A stretch of DNA of 64,000 bases, taken from a virus. The stretch lies in IMG/VR virus record IMGVR_UViG_3300044641_005643; one strand, written 5' to 3'. Made by a program: the position numbers and the translations under genes. The notes below the pieces were generated by a model, which saw only the letters and a list, made by a program, of their open reading frames with translations, searched no databases and had not been told where the DNA came from. Below are positions 55,333 to 64,000 of the stretch, piece by piece; the stretch's first letter is position 1; each line of letters opens with the position of its first letter.

Positions 55333-56252
55333 TGTATTTGACTCAATTCAACCAATGTGGCGCTAAGATTGATTTCTGGATCTGCTATTATAGGATGATT
55401 GACCAAGCCTTTTCTGATCAAAAGGATAGCTTGATCTTGTTGTTCCGGGGTTGATCCCCATAGATCCAAGTTTTGATACATCCAGGTAAAAATTTCTTCC
55501 ATTTCTTCCGGAGCGGTATGAGTACAAAGCAATGTGCGAGCGTCTCTAACTCGCCCTTGTTTGAACAATTCAATCACTTCCAATTTGTGATCTGCAGATC
55601 CGGACCCACTAGAAGTTTTTGACAAAATCAATTGACCGCTTACGCTGTTTGTTTGTAGTAGTTTTAAACAACTGCGTAGATCAGGATAAGTGGCTTTAAC
55701 AAAACTATCTAGTGTATCAAGTTCAAACTCAACGCCTTCGTTGATCAGTATGGTAGCAGCTCTGCTAGTAAATTCTGTTTGATCAGATTTATCAATAACA
55801 ATTTGTTGGCATCTTGATTTTAGTGGGGCAATAATTTTATGTGCTAGATTAGCAGTAAGAATAAATCTTGCTTGCGCTTGATAAGTTTCAATTAGGCCGC
55901 GTAATATTGCCTGTGCGTTATGCGACAAGTAATCGGCTTCATCTAACAGCACAATCTTCAAATCTCCAAAAGGCATAGTACTTACGAAACCTTCAATCTT
56001 GGTCTTTAAGAAATCTACGCCATTATCTCTACTTGCATTGACCTGTAGGAAATCGTAAGGATCAATCTCTAAAGTATTCACAAGTATTTTTGCTAGTGTA
56101 GTTTTACCTGTGCCTGCTGGACCAGTGAACAACAGATGCGGAATACTTTTTTCTTGAACAAAGTGTTCAATTTGCTCACGTTGTGTGGGGTCAGTGAATA
56201 CATACCCGTCTAGTGTTTGCGGGCGATATTTCTCAGTCCAAAGTTCTTTCAT
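55329..56252 (-). CDS. sliding clamp loader (gp44/RFC small subunit-like)
   Basis: LWTEKYRP, GPAGTGKTT, NAS, LDEAD, LKSRC. Confidence 0.93.
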   Translation of the reverse strand: MKELWTEKYRPQTLDGYVFTDPTQREQIEHFVQEKSIPHLLFTGPAGTGKTTLAKILVNTLEIDPYDFLQVNASRDNGVDFLKTKIEGFVSTMPFGDLKIVLLDEADYLSHNAQAILRGLIETYQAQARFILTANLAHKIIAPLKSRCQQIVIDKSDQTEFTSRAATILINEGVEFELDTLDSFVKATYPDLRSCLKLLQTNSVSGQLILSKTSSGSGSADHKLEVIELFKQGRVRDARTLLCTHTAPEEMEEIFTWMYQNLDLWGSTPEQQDQAILLIRKGLVNHPIIADPEINLSATLVELSQIQ

Positions 56253-56449
56253 TGTGTAAGTGCGTTAATAAAGTTTTGCATTGATTGCTGATCTAGCAGT
56301 ATTTCGTACTTTTTTTGTTCATCTTGAGAATTTTTAGCATTAAGCCATTGTGTAGTTATTTTAAGATGTCTAAATCCCGGAGGATGTGCGGCATCATTGA
56401 GATAAACATAAGTTCGAAATCCATCGTTATCATTGATTAAAGTTTTCAT
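56249..56449 (-). CDS. hypothetical protein
   Basis: Coupled ORF. Confidence 0.6.
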   Translation of the reverse strand: MKTLINDNDGFRTYVYLNDAAHPPGFRHLKITTQWLNAKNSQDEQKKYEILLDQQSMQNFINALTQ

Positions 56450-56868
56450 TCGTATTGTTCTCTGGTTCGGCGTTCTGCATGTACTGCGGTTGATAGTGTG
56501 TGAATGTTTTCTGGTTCGTTGTCACTTACAAAAATAATTGCTTCAGGATCCACTCTGCGTATTGTGAGTTCTTGTTGCTGTTTGAATATCTTTGTACCTC
56601 GGCTCCATCTTCCGTGCTCCACAAGCACCCATTGCCCTACACGAATGTCCTGCTGTTCAGGACCAACAGCAAACACTCGCGCCCATCGCGGTCTAATGCC
56701 ATCAGTCTTTCCATCATCGCCTAATAATACTATACCGCTGCTTAATTGTCTACCTTCAAAACTCATGTCTGTGACAATAATGTTGTTTCTTAGAGGCCTT
56801 ATTTCGCCATCTATGTCTAAACCAAATTGATATCCTCGTTTTTGATCAAACGGATTTTCGACTGCCAT
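56446..56868 (-). CDS. GroES-like co-chaperonin
   Basis: IRPL.N.I.V, SSGIVL mobile loop, V.AVGP, VGQ.VL. Confidence 0.75.
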   Translation of the reverse strand: MAVENPFDQKRGYQFGLDIDGEIRPLRNNIIVTDMSFEGRQLSSGIVLLGDDGKTDGIRPRWARVFAVGPEQQDIRVGQWVLVEHGRWSRGTKIFKQQQELTIRRVDPEAIIFVSDNEPENIHTLSTAVHAERRTREQYE

Positions 56869-56879
56869 GTTTTCCTCGC

Positions 56880-57314
56880 TTAAATTCTAGTTGGACCTGG
56901 TTTGATAGGTTCTGGTTCTTTGGCCGGTTGTGTTTTAGCAACTGAATTGGCTAAACTACCGCGTATGTTTTTAGGTAATGGTGCCACTTCTACTTTGACA
57001 TCTTGAGCAGAATCTTCAACAGATTCTGGTTTTTTAACAACCACTGGTTCTTCCCATTCGTCCATTAAATCCTTTTTCGTTTGTTTGGTTTCTTTGGGAA
57101 TTGGAATGTGATCGGACGCCACTGGGGTATTCAATTTGTAGTACTCTGCCATGACCTTTTCTCTAGTGCGTTCAATTTTTCCACCGTGGCCAAGTTCATC
57201 TCCACGTGCATTTACTTTCATATTTCCCACAGCTATAGAATCTTCATTTTGTGCAATCACAGTATCTATGTTAATAACTTTTCCATTGGCAGTTTTATAA
57301 ACTCTTTTACTCAT
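56880..57314 (-). CDS. hypothetical protein
   Basis: AGGAG SD; AVGNM.VNARGD.LG.GG; TAAATA at 57333-57338. Confidence 0.75.
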   Translation of the reverse strand: MSKRVYKTANGKVINIDTVIAQNEDSIAVGNMKVNARGDELGHGGKIERTREKVMAEYYKLNTPVASDHIPIPKETKQTKKDLMDEWEEPVVVKKPESVEDSAQDVKVEVAPLPKNIRGSLANSVAKTQPAKEPEPIKPGPTRI

Positions 57315-57335
57315 GTAACTCTCCTAGTCGGGTAT

Positions 57336-57854
57336 TTATCGCAAGAATTCTTCAATGTCTAAATCGTAATATATGCTGTTTATTCGATGCACGCCGATCA
57401 AGTACAACACATAACTGGCCACACTAGATCCTCGACCTACACCCCAAACAACATTGTTGGCTCTCCAGGTGTCCACTAGATATTTTAATTGTCTAAGTAG
57501 CGGAAACAAATTTCTTTCTTGGTACAATAACAGTTCTTGACCTACTCGTTGCAGTTCTTGTTGTGTGGCACATCGATCCAGTAACCATTTGGCTATGTCT
57601 AACTGTTGATAGTCTTCGGGCATATTCCACTGATCTTGTTTGGTCTTGTGAAATGTTTGCATAGAATAATTGTCGGGAAGAGGATGATATTCTTGCACCA
57701 ACGGGAGATCAGCAAACAACTGTTTTACTGCACTATTGTATCTATCCCAATCTTCGACAAAAAATCTATCTAGATCAATGTCGGGGTTTTTGTACAGCAG
57801 TTCGCATAACTCTGTGCTGGATACATATGTTTGCCCGAAGTTATCATATTTCAT
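57336..57854 (-). CDS. stand-alone fragment of DNA polymerase III alpha (DnaE) palm
   Basis: R...EL, WGVGRGSSVASYVLYLIG.H.I....YDL...EFL. Confidence 0.8.
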   Translation of the reverse strand: MKYDNFGQTYVSSTELCELLYKNPDIDLDRFFVEDWDRYNSAVKQLFADLPLVQEYHPLPDNYSMQTFHKTKQDQWNMPEDYQQLDIAKWLLDRCATQQELQRVGQELLLYQERNLFPLLRQLKYLVDTWRANNVVWGVGRGSSVASYVLYLIGVHRINSIYYDLDIEEFLR

Positions 57855-58087
57855 TGAATGTCAATTATGCCTTTGAAATTGTTGTTCTTGGCTTCCATTT
57901 CTTCCATCAGCTTGCGATTACGTGTATCCATTTCGTAACGATAATTTTCCAAGATCATCTGCATTTGCGGAATTGCGCCCATTGGTCCAAATCTGTAGGC
58001 TTGATTCAGTTTCTGCGTGAGTTCATTGTATTTCTTGTGCAATTCTTCGGTACTCAAGTTTGATAATTCTGGTACTAACGGGTGCAT
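57851..58087 (-). CDS. hypothetical coiled-coil protein
   Basis: Coupled ORF. Confidence 0.7.
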   Translation of the reverse strand: MHPLVPELSNLSTEELHKKYNELTQKLNQAYRFGPMGAIPQMQMILENYRYEMDTRNRKLMEEMEAKNNNFKGIIDIQ

Positions 58088-58521
58088 TATAAATCTCCTT
58101 CTCTCCTGTTCTCGGAATGATGTACGTCAAATTCACCGCCGGGATAACGAGCTTTTAATTTATTTACGTTTTCCGCAATCACTGCGTTTGGATCTAGATT
58201 CAGTGCTCTACAAGCATTGATCCAGTACCACATGATATCACCCAGTTCGCGCTTCATGTGGAACACATTTTCTTCAGTGAGTGGTTTGCCTTGAAAGTAG
58301 ATCTTTTTAGGAATTTCGCAGAACTCTCCAGTTTCTGCTGCTAGTCCCAGTGCTGCTGTTAGTAATAGAGGAACATTGATATCCGGACCGTGTGCTTGAG
58401 CCTCAAAATCCCAATTACCATCCAATTGATCAAGCCTGTTCATAAAGGCGGTTAGATCATTTGATGGCTTTGATGTTACTGCCGCTACAAAATCTTTGTA
58501 TCGGTTCAAATCTACAGTCAT
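58087..58521 (-). CDS. MazG-like NTP pyrophosphohydrolase
   Basis: GL.AETGEFCE..KK, RELGDIMWY, N..KL.ARYP. Confidence 0.88.
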   Translation of the reverse strand: MTVDLNRYKDFVAAVTSKPSNDLTAFMNRLDQLDGNWDFEAQAHGPDINVPLLLTAALGLAAETGEFCEIPKKIYFQGKPLTEENVFHMKRELGDIMWYWINACRALNLDPNAVIAENVNKLKARYPGGEFDVHHSENRREGDL

Positions 58522-58571
58522 AAAAAACTCCTAGTTAGCACAATTATAAACTGTGCTGATCTAGGAGTCAA
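58522..58571 (-). terminator. terminator hairpin overlapping a sigma70 promoter and the mazG SD
   Basis: ACTCCTAG-ATC-AGCACAG...TTGTGCT-AA-CTAGGAGT-TTTTT-ATG; TTGACT-N17-TATAAT inside. Confidence 0.65.
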
Positions 58572-58585
58572 TTTATTAGAACTAA

Positions 58586-59893
58586 TTATTCGCTGCGTAA
58601 CCAGTTCGAAGCTGCTGTACTGTATATAAATCTAGCAGATACATTGCCTGATGAAGCTGTGGTATTAGGGAACCATTGAACATCGGTCATTGAGCCACCT
58701 GGGCCTTTGGAAACCCAAACTGCTGTCAGTGGAGCCAAGAATGAAAGCTGAATTTCTCTTCCATTTTCGGCAGCTGATGGCAATGCTATCCAGGCATTTC
58801 CAATTGTGGCTGAACTTGCTGTGTCGAAGAATAGTGTGCCAAAATTGGTATTGGCAAAAAACATTTGACCGTTGGTCAATGTAACATAAGCAAAGTTTTG
58901 ATTGATTCGACCACCTGTGCCGCTTGTGCTAATAATATTGCCTGCGGTAACGATGTTACCGGCAATTCTGACATCACCTGTAGAAGCACCTATAAAAATG
59001 TTTGTGGCAGCATTGCCTACGCTGACAGTTGTTGCTGACACATTAAAGATATTGGCAACTGCCCCGGTAGTTCTAATGTTTCCGGAATTAATCCAAAGAT
59101 TTCCATTTATATGCACATTACTTGCAATACCAGCACCACCACGTACAACCAAAGCACCTGTAGTTGAGGAAGTTGAATTGATATCAGAACGTACTACAAC
59201 ATTGGCACCTACTGTGGAATTAATTACATTACCTAGTCTAACATTGCCTTCAACAGTCATGTCGCCAAAAAATTGGGCTTCGATGTTACCAAAAAAGTCT
59301 CTGTTTCTGGTAAGATCTTTGATACCTAGGGTAGCACCGCCATCAAATGTAAAAATTTCAAAAAAGTAATCGTTGGTATTTGCAATTTCTGCTGCGGTAA
59401 AAGTAATTGATTGACCACTAAATCCTGTTACTGTATCAGGATCTCCCAATGTCAAAATTAGCGGAAACTGTACTAAAAATGCAGAACTTGGATTAGAAAT
59501 CCATAATTTAATACTTGAATAAGAATTCTGTGTATTGGTTGGAAAACTAAAAGTTAGTTGGATTGTGCCAGATAATGTAACTTTTTGGTAGTTACCATTT
59601 GTAAAATTGATTTGATAAGCACCAGACTGAGTGCCATTGTTATAAAAAGTTTCACGCCAGCTGGTCAATCTTGGGTTTACAATGGCATTTCCTAGTAAAT
59701 CATTACTAAGAGTTGTGTTTAACAGAGCACTTTTAAGCACTGCTTTGTTTTGTAAATCTTCAATTTCTGCTTTGGCAAAAGTTAGATTGTTACGTAGATT
59801 AGTAAAGTTGTCTCTAAAACCTTGACTATCATTATCTTGTCCGGCAACTGGGTAGGTACCGTCGATATTATTCGGGTTAATTTGGCTTGTCAT
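58586..59893 (-). CDS. virion structural protein (tail fibre/baseplate-associated)
   Basis: YPVAGQDNDSQGFRDNF N-terminus; TTGALVVRGGAGIA beta-repeats; G/N/T-rich. Confidence 0.7.
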   Translation of the reverse strand: MTSQINPNNIDGTYPVAGQDNDSQGFRDNFTNLRNNLTFAKAEIEDLQNKAVLKSALLNTTLSNDLLGNAIVNPRLTSWRETFYNNGTQSGAYQINFTNGNYQKVTLSGTIQLTFSFPTNTQNSYSSIKLWISNPSSAFLVQFPLILTLGDPDTVTGFSGQSITFTAAEIANTNDYFFEIFTFDGGATLGIKDLTRNRDFFGNIEAQFFGDMTVEGNVRLGNVINSTVGANVVVRSDINSTSSTTGALVVRGGAGIASNVHINGNLWINSGNIRTTGAVANIFNVSATTVSVGNAATNIFIGASTGDVRIAGNIVTAGNIISTSGTGGRINQNFAYVTLTNGQMFFANTNFGTLFFDTASSATIGNAWIALPSAAENGREIQLSFLAPLTAVWVSKGPGGSMTDVQWFPNTTASSGNVSARFIYSTAASNWLRSE

Positions 59894-62800
59894 TTATACA
59901 AAAACTCCATCTTGTGGGAACTTGATATATTTATCTAAAGATTCTGGAACTATCCAAATATCTTTGTTGTTGCTAAATCTGGTACCGCCAGTAACACTGG
60001 TTCCGGGCACGTATCCTTCGCGCATCAGGCAGGTGCCACCGTCAAATGTGGTCTCCGATGTTCTGAATATACCTGTAGCAAAAGTAAATAACTCGTACTG
60101 CGGAGCCGATATTCCGGGCGCGAGTCTATATTGTAATGTAGAAACTTTGTATGTATCGCCAGTGCGTACTTTTACTGTTTGATCTAACAGTATTTCTTGA
60201 ACAAAAATCAATCGTACTTCGTCATCGTCGCTTTGATCAAAATGGCTGTATGTTAAATCTGATTGTGCTTCATCAAATCCGTACTCGTCCTCATCTAATC
60301 CTATATCTTCGAATGGTGTAAATTGAAAGCTCCAGATACCCCCTTGATAATTGATAGTAGAATTAACACCACCAATTTTATCTAGATATCCATAAACAGG
60401 ATCGCCTTTGGCATCAAACCATCCATCATTGGGAAAATCAAATCCTGACTGTTTGGCAAAGATTATTCGTTCGTTTTCTTTAATATCTTGCACTCCATCA
60501 ATTAAAAAGCTAGATTTTATAATACTTAAATTTTCGCCATCAATTGTTATAAAGGCAGTATCAACTGCATAATCAACAAAAGCTTCTCCATTGATTCTGA
60601 TAGCACCCGAAGCTGCTGAAGTCACATTGGCCGACAGGGTCAGTGTTGTTCCGGTTGAATTTAAATTACTGATAAATGTATTATCAGGTATAACAACACC
60701 TACTTCTCTTGATAAAATTCTCCAACCATAACCAACTCTTACTGTGTTTGATACCACAATAGTATTGGAGTTTGTGACAGCATTTATAATTTGTGTATCA
60801 ATAATTGCCTCTCCAACGTTGAGATTGGGATATTTGTCAAATGTGGTTGGAACACTTGGTAAAAATTGATTGGTATCTATATCAAAGAAACGTGATAGAT
60901 AATTGTCCCATTGATATCTATCTGCTACAAAACTCACATAATTCAAATCAAAATCACTGACTTTGACTCTATACGCTATTGTTTTTGATGCTCCTGGTTT
61001 GGTGTAGGCTAACACAACACAACGTATTAGACCCAAAACAGTTCCATCCTCTTGTACGCTAGTCATCCATCGCGGTAATGTGCTTTTGTTAGCATATCCT
61101 TTACCATTTTCCAATCTGGTTTGCATGTTAGGGAAACTGTTGGGATAGATAACATTATATGACTGGTTGTTGATCAAGAAACTATTTGCTATCGCTAACT
61201 GTACTTCTAAAGGTGGTCCTGGTGTGTTAAAAGTTTGATCGTCTATCAGTTCGGAATAAACTACTTCATATGCAACCGAGCCATCCTCATTCAGGGCTCT
61301 AGCAGTTTGTATATCTTTGAAGTTGATTCTTTTTTTATAATGATTTCTACTGATAGCACTTACAAAACTGTCTGCTGTGCCAACACTCAATCCAGAAAGA
61401 AACAGTGATTTGAAAGTTTTTTGTACTCCAAAATAGGAATCATCTGGTCTATAAAGTAATTCAGTGGGAAATACTGATTGATTTTTTGTCAAATTTTCCC
61501 ATGCCTGTCTCTGATCTATATCAGGTAAAGCTCGTAAAAACACATTCTCATATGGAGCTAGACTACGCGGCACTGTGGTAATAGTAAAATCTTTTGCTGC
61601 ACTGATTGAACCGTCGATGGCAGTGGCTCGTACTGTGAAGCCACACTGTTGATCAAAAGTGGTACGTCCGCCATCAATCGCAGTTGAAATGGCATTGCTA
61701 ACAGTGCTGACTGATGTTTGTAAAATATTGTTTGAAAATACTAAAATAGTACCTTGTTCAACATAAATTGCCGGGGCCACCTTTATGGTGTTTAAGTCTA
61801 TGATTTCAACAAGTTTAGAGCCAGCAGCAACTCCTACACCTTGTACGCTCATACCCACTGTGAGATTTGCTGTTGAAGTTACATTAAGTTCTGCACTTTG
61901 CCCATCTAGCACAAAATATCTAAAACTTACTCTTCCAATCAATCTGCCCGAACGTAAAAATTTTAAACCTTGCGGTAGTTTTCTAAAAGGATTGTATATG
62001 ACTTCGTAAGTTAATTCTTTGCCATAGGTATTGTAAGCTTCAACCTGTATTTCACTTATGGCACCGTTATCTATGGTACCAAGATCAAAAGGTGTTGTCC
62101 ATACTATTTCTTCATTTACATCTCGTTTGACCTGCAATGAAAAATTAACTTTACCACTTGTTATGGTAGGCGAAGTTGTTCTTTTGGCCTCTACATTAAA
62201 TGAATAACTTTTGATATTTTCAACTTGATCAGGCAATACTCCCTGTACCCAGCCAGTATTAATATCAATCACCAATCCAACTGGTAGTCCTTCTTCGCCC
62301 TGATCAAACAAAATACTGTCATAGCCGGTTGTGATTGAAATAAATTGAACAAAAATTGTGTCGGTAGTGGCAGGAGTCAGTGTGGTAAAAATTAACAATG
62401 CTCCGGTCACTGTATAATCAGTGATTGCTGTTAGTCTGACATCATTTACAAAGACTACAATTCTAGATGCATTAGCAGGAACCTGATCCAGCACATATTG
62501 ATTGGGCGCCATAGATCCATTTGTGCCATTCCCGGCCAAAGTTTGATTCACTGCTTCATCCAAATCATCCATGCCTGATACATCAAGTTCATCAATTTCC
62601 CATGAAATGTCTTGATCTTCAGCATCGTAAGCAATAAATTTATAAGCAAAGGTGCTGCCCGACACCAGAATAGGCAAGGATTCTGGATTGTTTAGAATAA
62701 TAGGATAATAGTTGTTGTCGGCATCAACACTGATAAATGTATTGTTAATTAATGTAATATTATTGTCTGCGCTATAATTGCCCTTGCTGACAACTAACAA

Positions 62801-63430
62801 TCTAACATTTACTGTGTCAGTTTTTAAATCATCGCTGACTTGCACTGTGAAGTTATAAAATTTATCTGCGCTTGAGCCTAAAGGATCATACACTGCACTG
62901 TCATTTGCTGCGGCTTCAAAACCCAATTGCGTAACATTAGCGGCAACCAGCTCTACTAGTCCAAAAAGTCTTCCAGATGAACTCAATGACACACTGGGAG
63001 GCAATTCTCCTTGTATTACACTCCATGTCTGAATGGCATTTGGATTGTCATTTACTGAAGTGAAAGTATAATCTAAAAATGCACCATCAAACCAGGCACC
63101 AATCAAGTCCGGTCTAGGAATAATTTGTGGTCCGTTGACGTTGCTTACAGTTAGGCTAAAAGTTCTATCTGCTACTGCACCATCAGGATTGGTTGCTCTA
63201 ACTGTGAATGTGCTGGTAACTTTCTGACTTACAGAACTCAAGATGGTAGGTATGCCACGTAAATTACCATCTCTGGTTACATACAGACCACCAGGCAATT
63301 GCCCACTTATAAAACTGTAAAATAATGTTTGTTGATCACTGTCTTCAGCTTCAAATTGAAAACTGTAAAAATAGTTTTCGGCTACTGTGCCTAAATCTCC
63401 GCGTGGTGTGGTCCAAGAAACTATACTCAT
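59894..63430 (-). CDS. large virion/baseplate protein with Ig-like (He_PIG-type) repeats
   Basis: Repeated W.TP..DLG, G.LP.GL.....G.L.G, FTVRA; TTFD..T.F and DKYIKFP C-terminus. Confidence 0.75.
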   Translation of the reverse strand: MSIVSWTTPRGDLGTVAENYFYSFQFEAEDSDQQTLFYSFISGQLPGGLYVTRDGNLRGIPTILSSVSQKVTSTFTVRATNPDGAVADRTFSLTVSNVNGPQIIPRPDLIGAWFDGAFLDYTFTSVNDNPNAIQTWSVIQGELPPSVSLSSSGRLFGLVELVAANVTQLGFEAAANDSAVYDPLGSSADKFYNFTVQVSDDLKTDTVNVRLLVVSKGNYSADNNITLINNTFISVDADNNYYPIILNNPESLPILVSGSTFAYKFIAYDAEDQDISWEIDELDVSGMDDLDEAVNQTLAGNGTNGSMAPNQYVLDQVPANASRIVVFVNDVRLTAITDYTVTGALLIFTTLTPATTDTIFVQFISITTGYDSILFDQGEEGLPVGLVIDINTGWVQGVLPDQVENIKSYSFNVEAKRTTSPTITSGKVNFSLQVKRDVNEEIVWTTPFDLGTIDNGAISEIQVEAYNTYGKELTYEVIYNPFRKLPQGLKFLRSGRLIGRVSFRYFVLDGQSAELNVTSTANLTVGMSVQGVGVAAGSKLVEIIDLNTIKVAPAIYVEQGTILVFSNNILQTSVSTVSNAISTAIDGGRTTFDQQCGFTVRATAIDGSISAAKDFTITTVPRSLAPYENVFLRALPDIDQRQAWENLTKNQSVFPTELLYRPDDSYFGVQKTFKSLFLSGLSVGTADSFVSAISRNHYKKRINFKDIQTARALNEDGSVAYEVVYSELIDDQTFNTPGPPLEVQLAIANSFLINNQSYNVIYPNSFPNMQTRLENGKGYANKSTLPRWMTSVQEDGTVLGLIRCVVLAYTKPGASKTIAYRVKVSDFDLNYVSFVADRYQWDNYLSRFFDIDTNQFLPSVPTTFDKYPNLNVGEAIIDTQIINAVTNSNTIVVSNTVRVGYGWRILSREVGVVIPDNTFISNLNSTGTTLTLSANVTSAASGAIRINGEAFVDYAVDTAFITIDGENLSIIKSSFLIDGVQDIKENERIIFAKQSGFDFPNDGWFDAKGDPVYGYLDKIGGVNSTINYQGGIWSFQFTPFEDIGLDEDEYGFDEAQSDLTYSHFDQSDDDEVRLIFVQEILLDQTVKVRTGDTYKVSTLQYRLAPGISAPQYELFTFATGIFRTSETTFDGGTCLMREGYVPGTSVTGGTRFSNNKDIWIVPESLDKYIKFPQDGVFV

Positions 63431-63431
63431 T

Positions 63432-63524
63432 TTATTTTGACTGAGAATGACAAGTTGTTACATCAAACTCGGTGTATTCATCACCAGATTTGGCAAGAAT
63501 TACACTGATGCTTTGTTTTGGCAT
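63432..63524 (-). CDS. 30-aa ORF filling the gap between structural genes
   Basis: MPKQSISVILAKSGDEYTEFDVTTCHSQSK; 1-nt gaps to both neighbours. Confidence 0.35.
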   Translation of the reverse strand: MPKQSISVILAKSGDEYTEFDVTTCHSQSK

Positions 63525-63525
63525 G

Positions 63526-63882
63526 TTATGTTATTACCTCATAACTCATTACAATTTGTGCTGTTGAATTTGCACTTACATTTGCCTGTAGGTAATCGCC
63601 TTCTTCGAGAAACAATGCTGTATCTCTTGCGATTACCGTAAGCGTGGAACCTACTGCAACATTTGCTGTTCCGGCAATATACCCTCGTGCAGCTCCGCGT
63701 CGCAGAATCACATTTGAAGAAATAGCACTTGTGCCGTAATTACTAATTGTTAAAGTATCAATCTTGACAAGATTTCCACTGCTTTCTGGATTTACTATAA
63801 CATTTGATAATGTGGTAGTTGCATCAAATATTGTTGTTTTTCCTAAAATTTGGGTACTAGCTAATAAATTTGGTGTTGCCAT
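63526..63882 (-). CDS. small tail-fibre-associated beta protein
   Basis: MATPNL...I.GKT, L.LEEGD.L, SYE.I; GGAGG SD. Confidence 0.65.
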   Translation of the reverse strand: MATPNLLASTQILGKTTIFDATTTLSNVIVNPESSGNLVKIDTLTISNYGTSAISSNVILRRGAARGYIAGTANVAVGSTLTVIARDTALFLEEGDYLQANVSANSTAQIVMSYEVIT

Positions 63883-63883
63883 T

Positions 63884-64000
63884 TTATCCTCCGAAAATCA
63901 TTACTGATGTATATGCTCTTGCTGCACTGGATGTACTATTACCAGGTTCAAATGACACTCCATTTCCTGACCAACGAATACCATTGCTGATGTATAACAA
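63884..64000 (-). CDS. 3' end of a probable tail-fibre gene (partial)
   Basis: Open frame ...GIRWSGNGVSF...AYTSVMIFGG*. Confidence 0.55.
   Translation of the reverse strand: MLYISNGIRWSGNGVSFEPGNSTSSAARAYTSVMIFGG

Noticed and set aside
1-64000. CRISPR array, tRNA/rRNA genes, transposase or integrase, alternative genetic code
   Set aside because: No regularly spaced repeats or cloverleafs noticed by eye, no mobile-element motifs, and genes are full length in code 11 using all three stop codons

Overview
64-kb segment of a large lytic tailed phage (T4-like/jumbo myovirus-type gene content; spanins and lipoproteins imply a diderm Gram-negative host). It is densely coding and almost entirely on the minus strand. 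It contains: nucleotide metabolism (dCMP deaminase, thyA, DHFR, MazG, HAD 5'-nucleotidase); replication (family B polymerase, probable sliding clamp, clamp loader, RNase H, DsbA-like protein, a stand-alone DnaE fragment); an early region with a family of sigma70-like promoters and a MoxR AAA+/VWA pair; chaperones (ClpA, DnaJ, GroES); a lysis cassette (GH19 endolysin, spanins); probable capsid-internal proteins; and tail/baseplate genes at the right end. The most notable part is a ~14-kb 7-deazaguanine locus with folE, queD, queE, a DpdL-like T-fold protein and a DpdA/TGT-like transglycosylase, but no queC in the window. It is interleaved with a glycosyltransferase, GalE, a phosphoribosyltransferase and an AT-rich cassette (two 2OG-Fe(II)-like oxygenases, radical SAM, DegT-like aminotransferase, acyltransferase), which suggests an undescribed hypermodified deazaguanine. 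A riboswitch-like leader precedes queD, and a second unexplained pseudoknotted RNA lies at 37386-37456. All assignments come from reading motifs by eye; no database searches were run. I saw no tRNA, rRNA, CRISPR array or mobile element.
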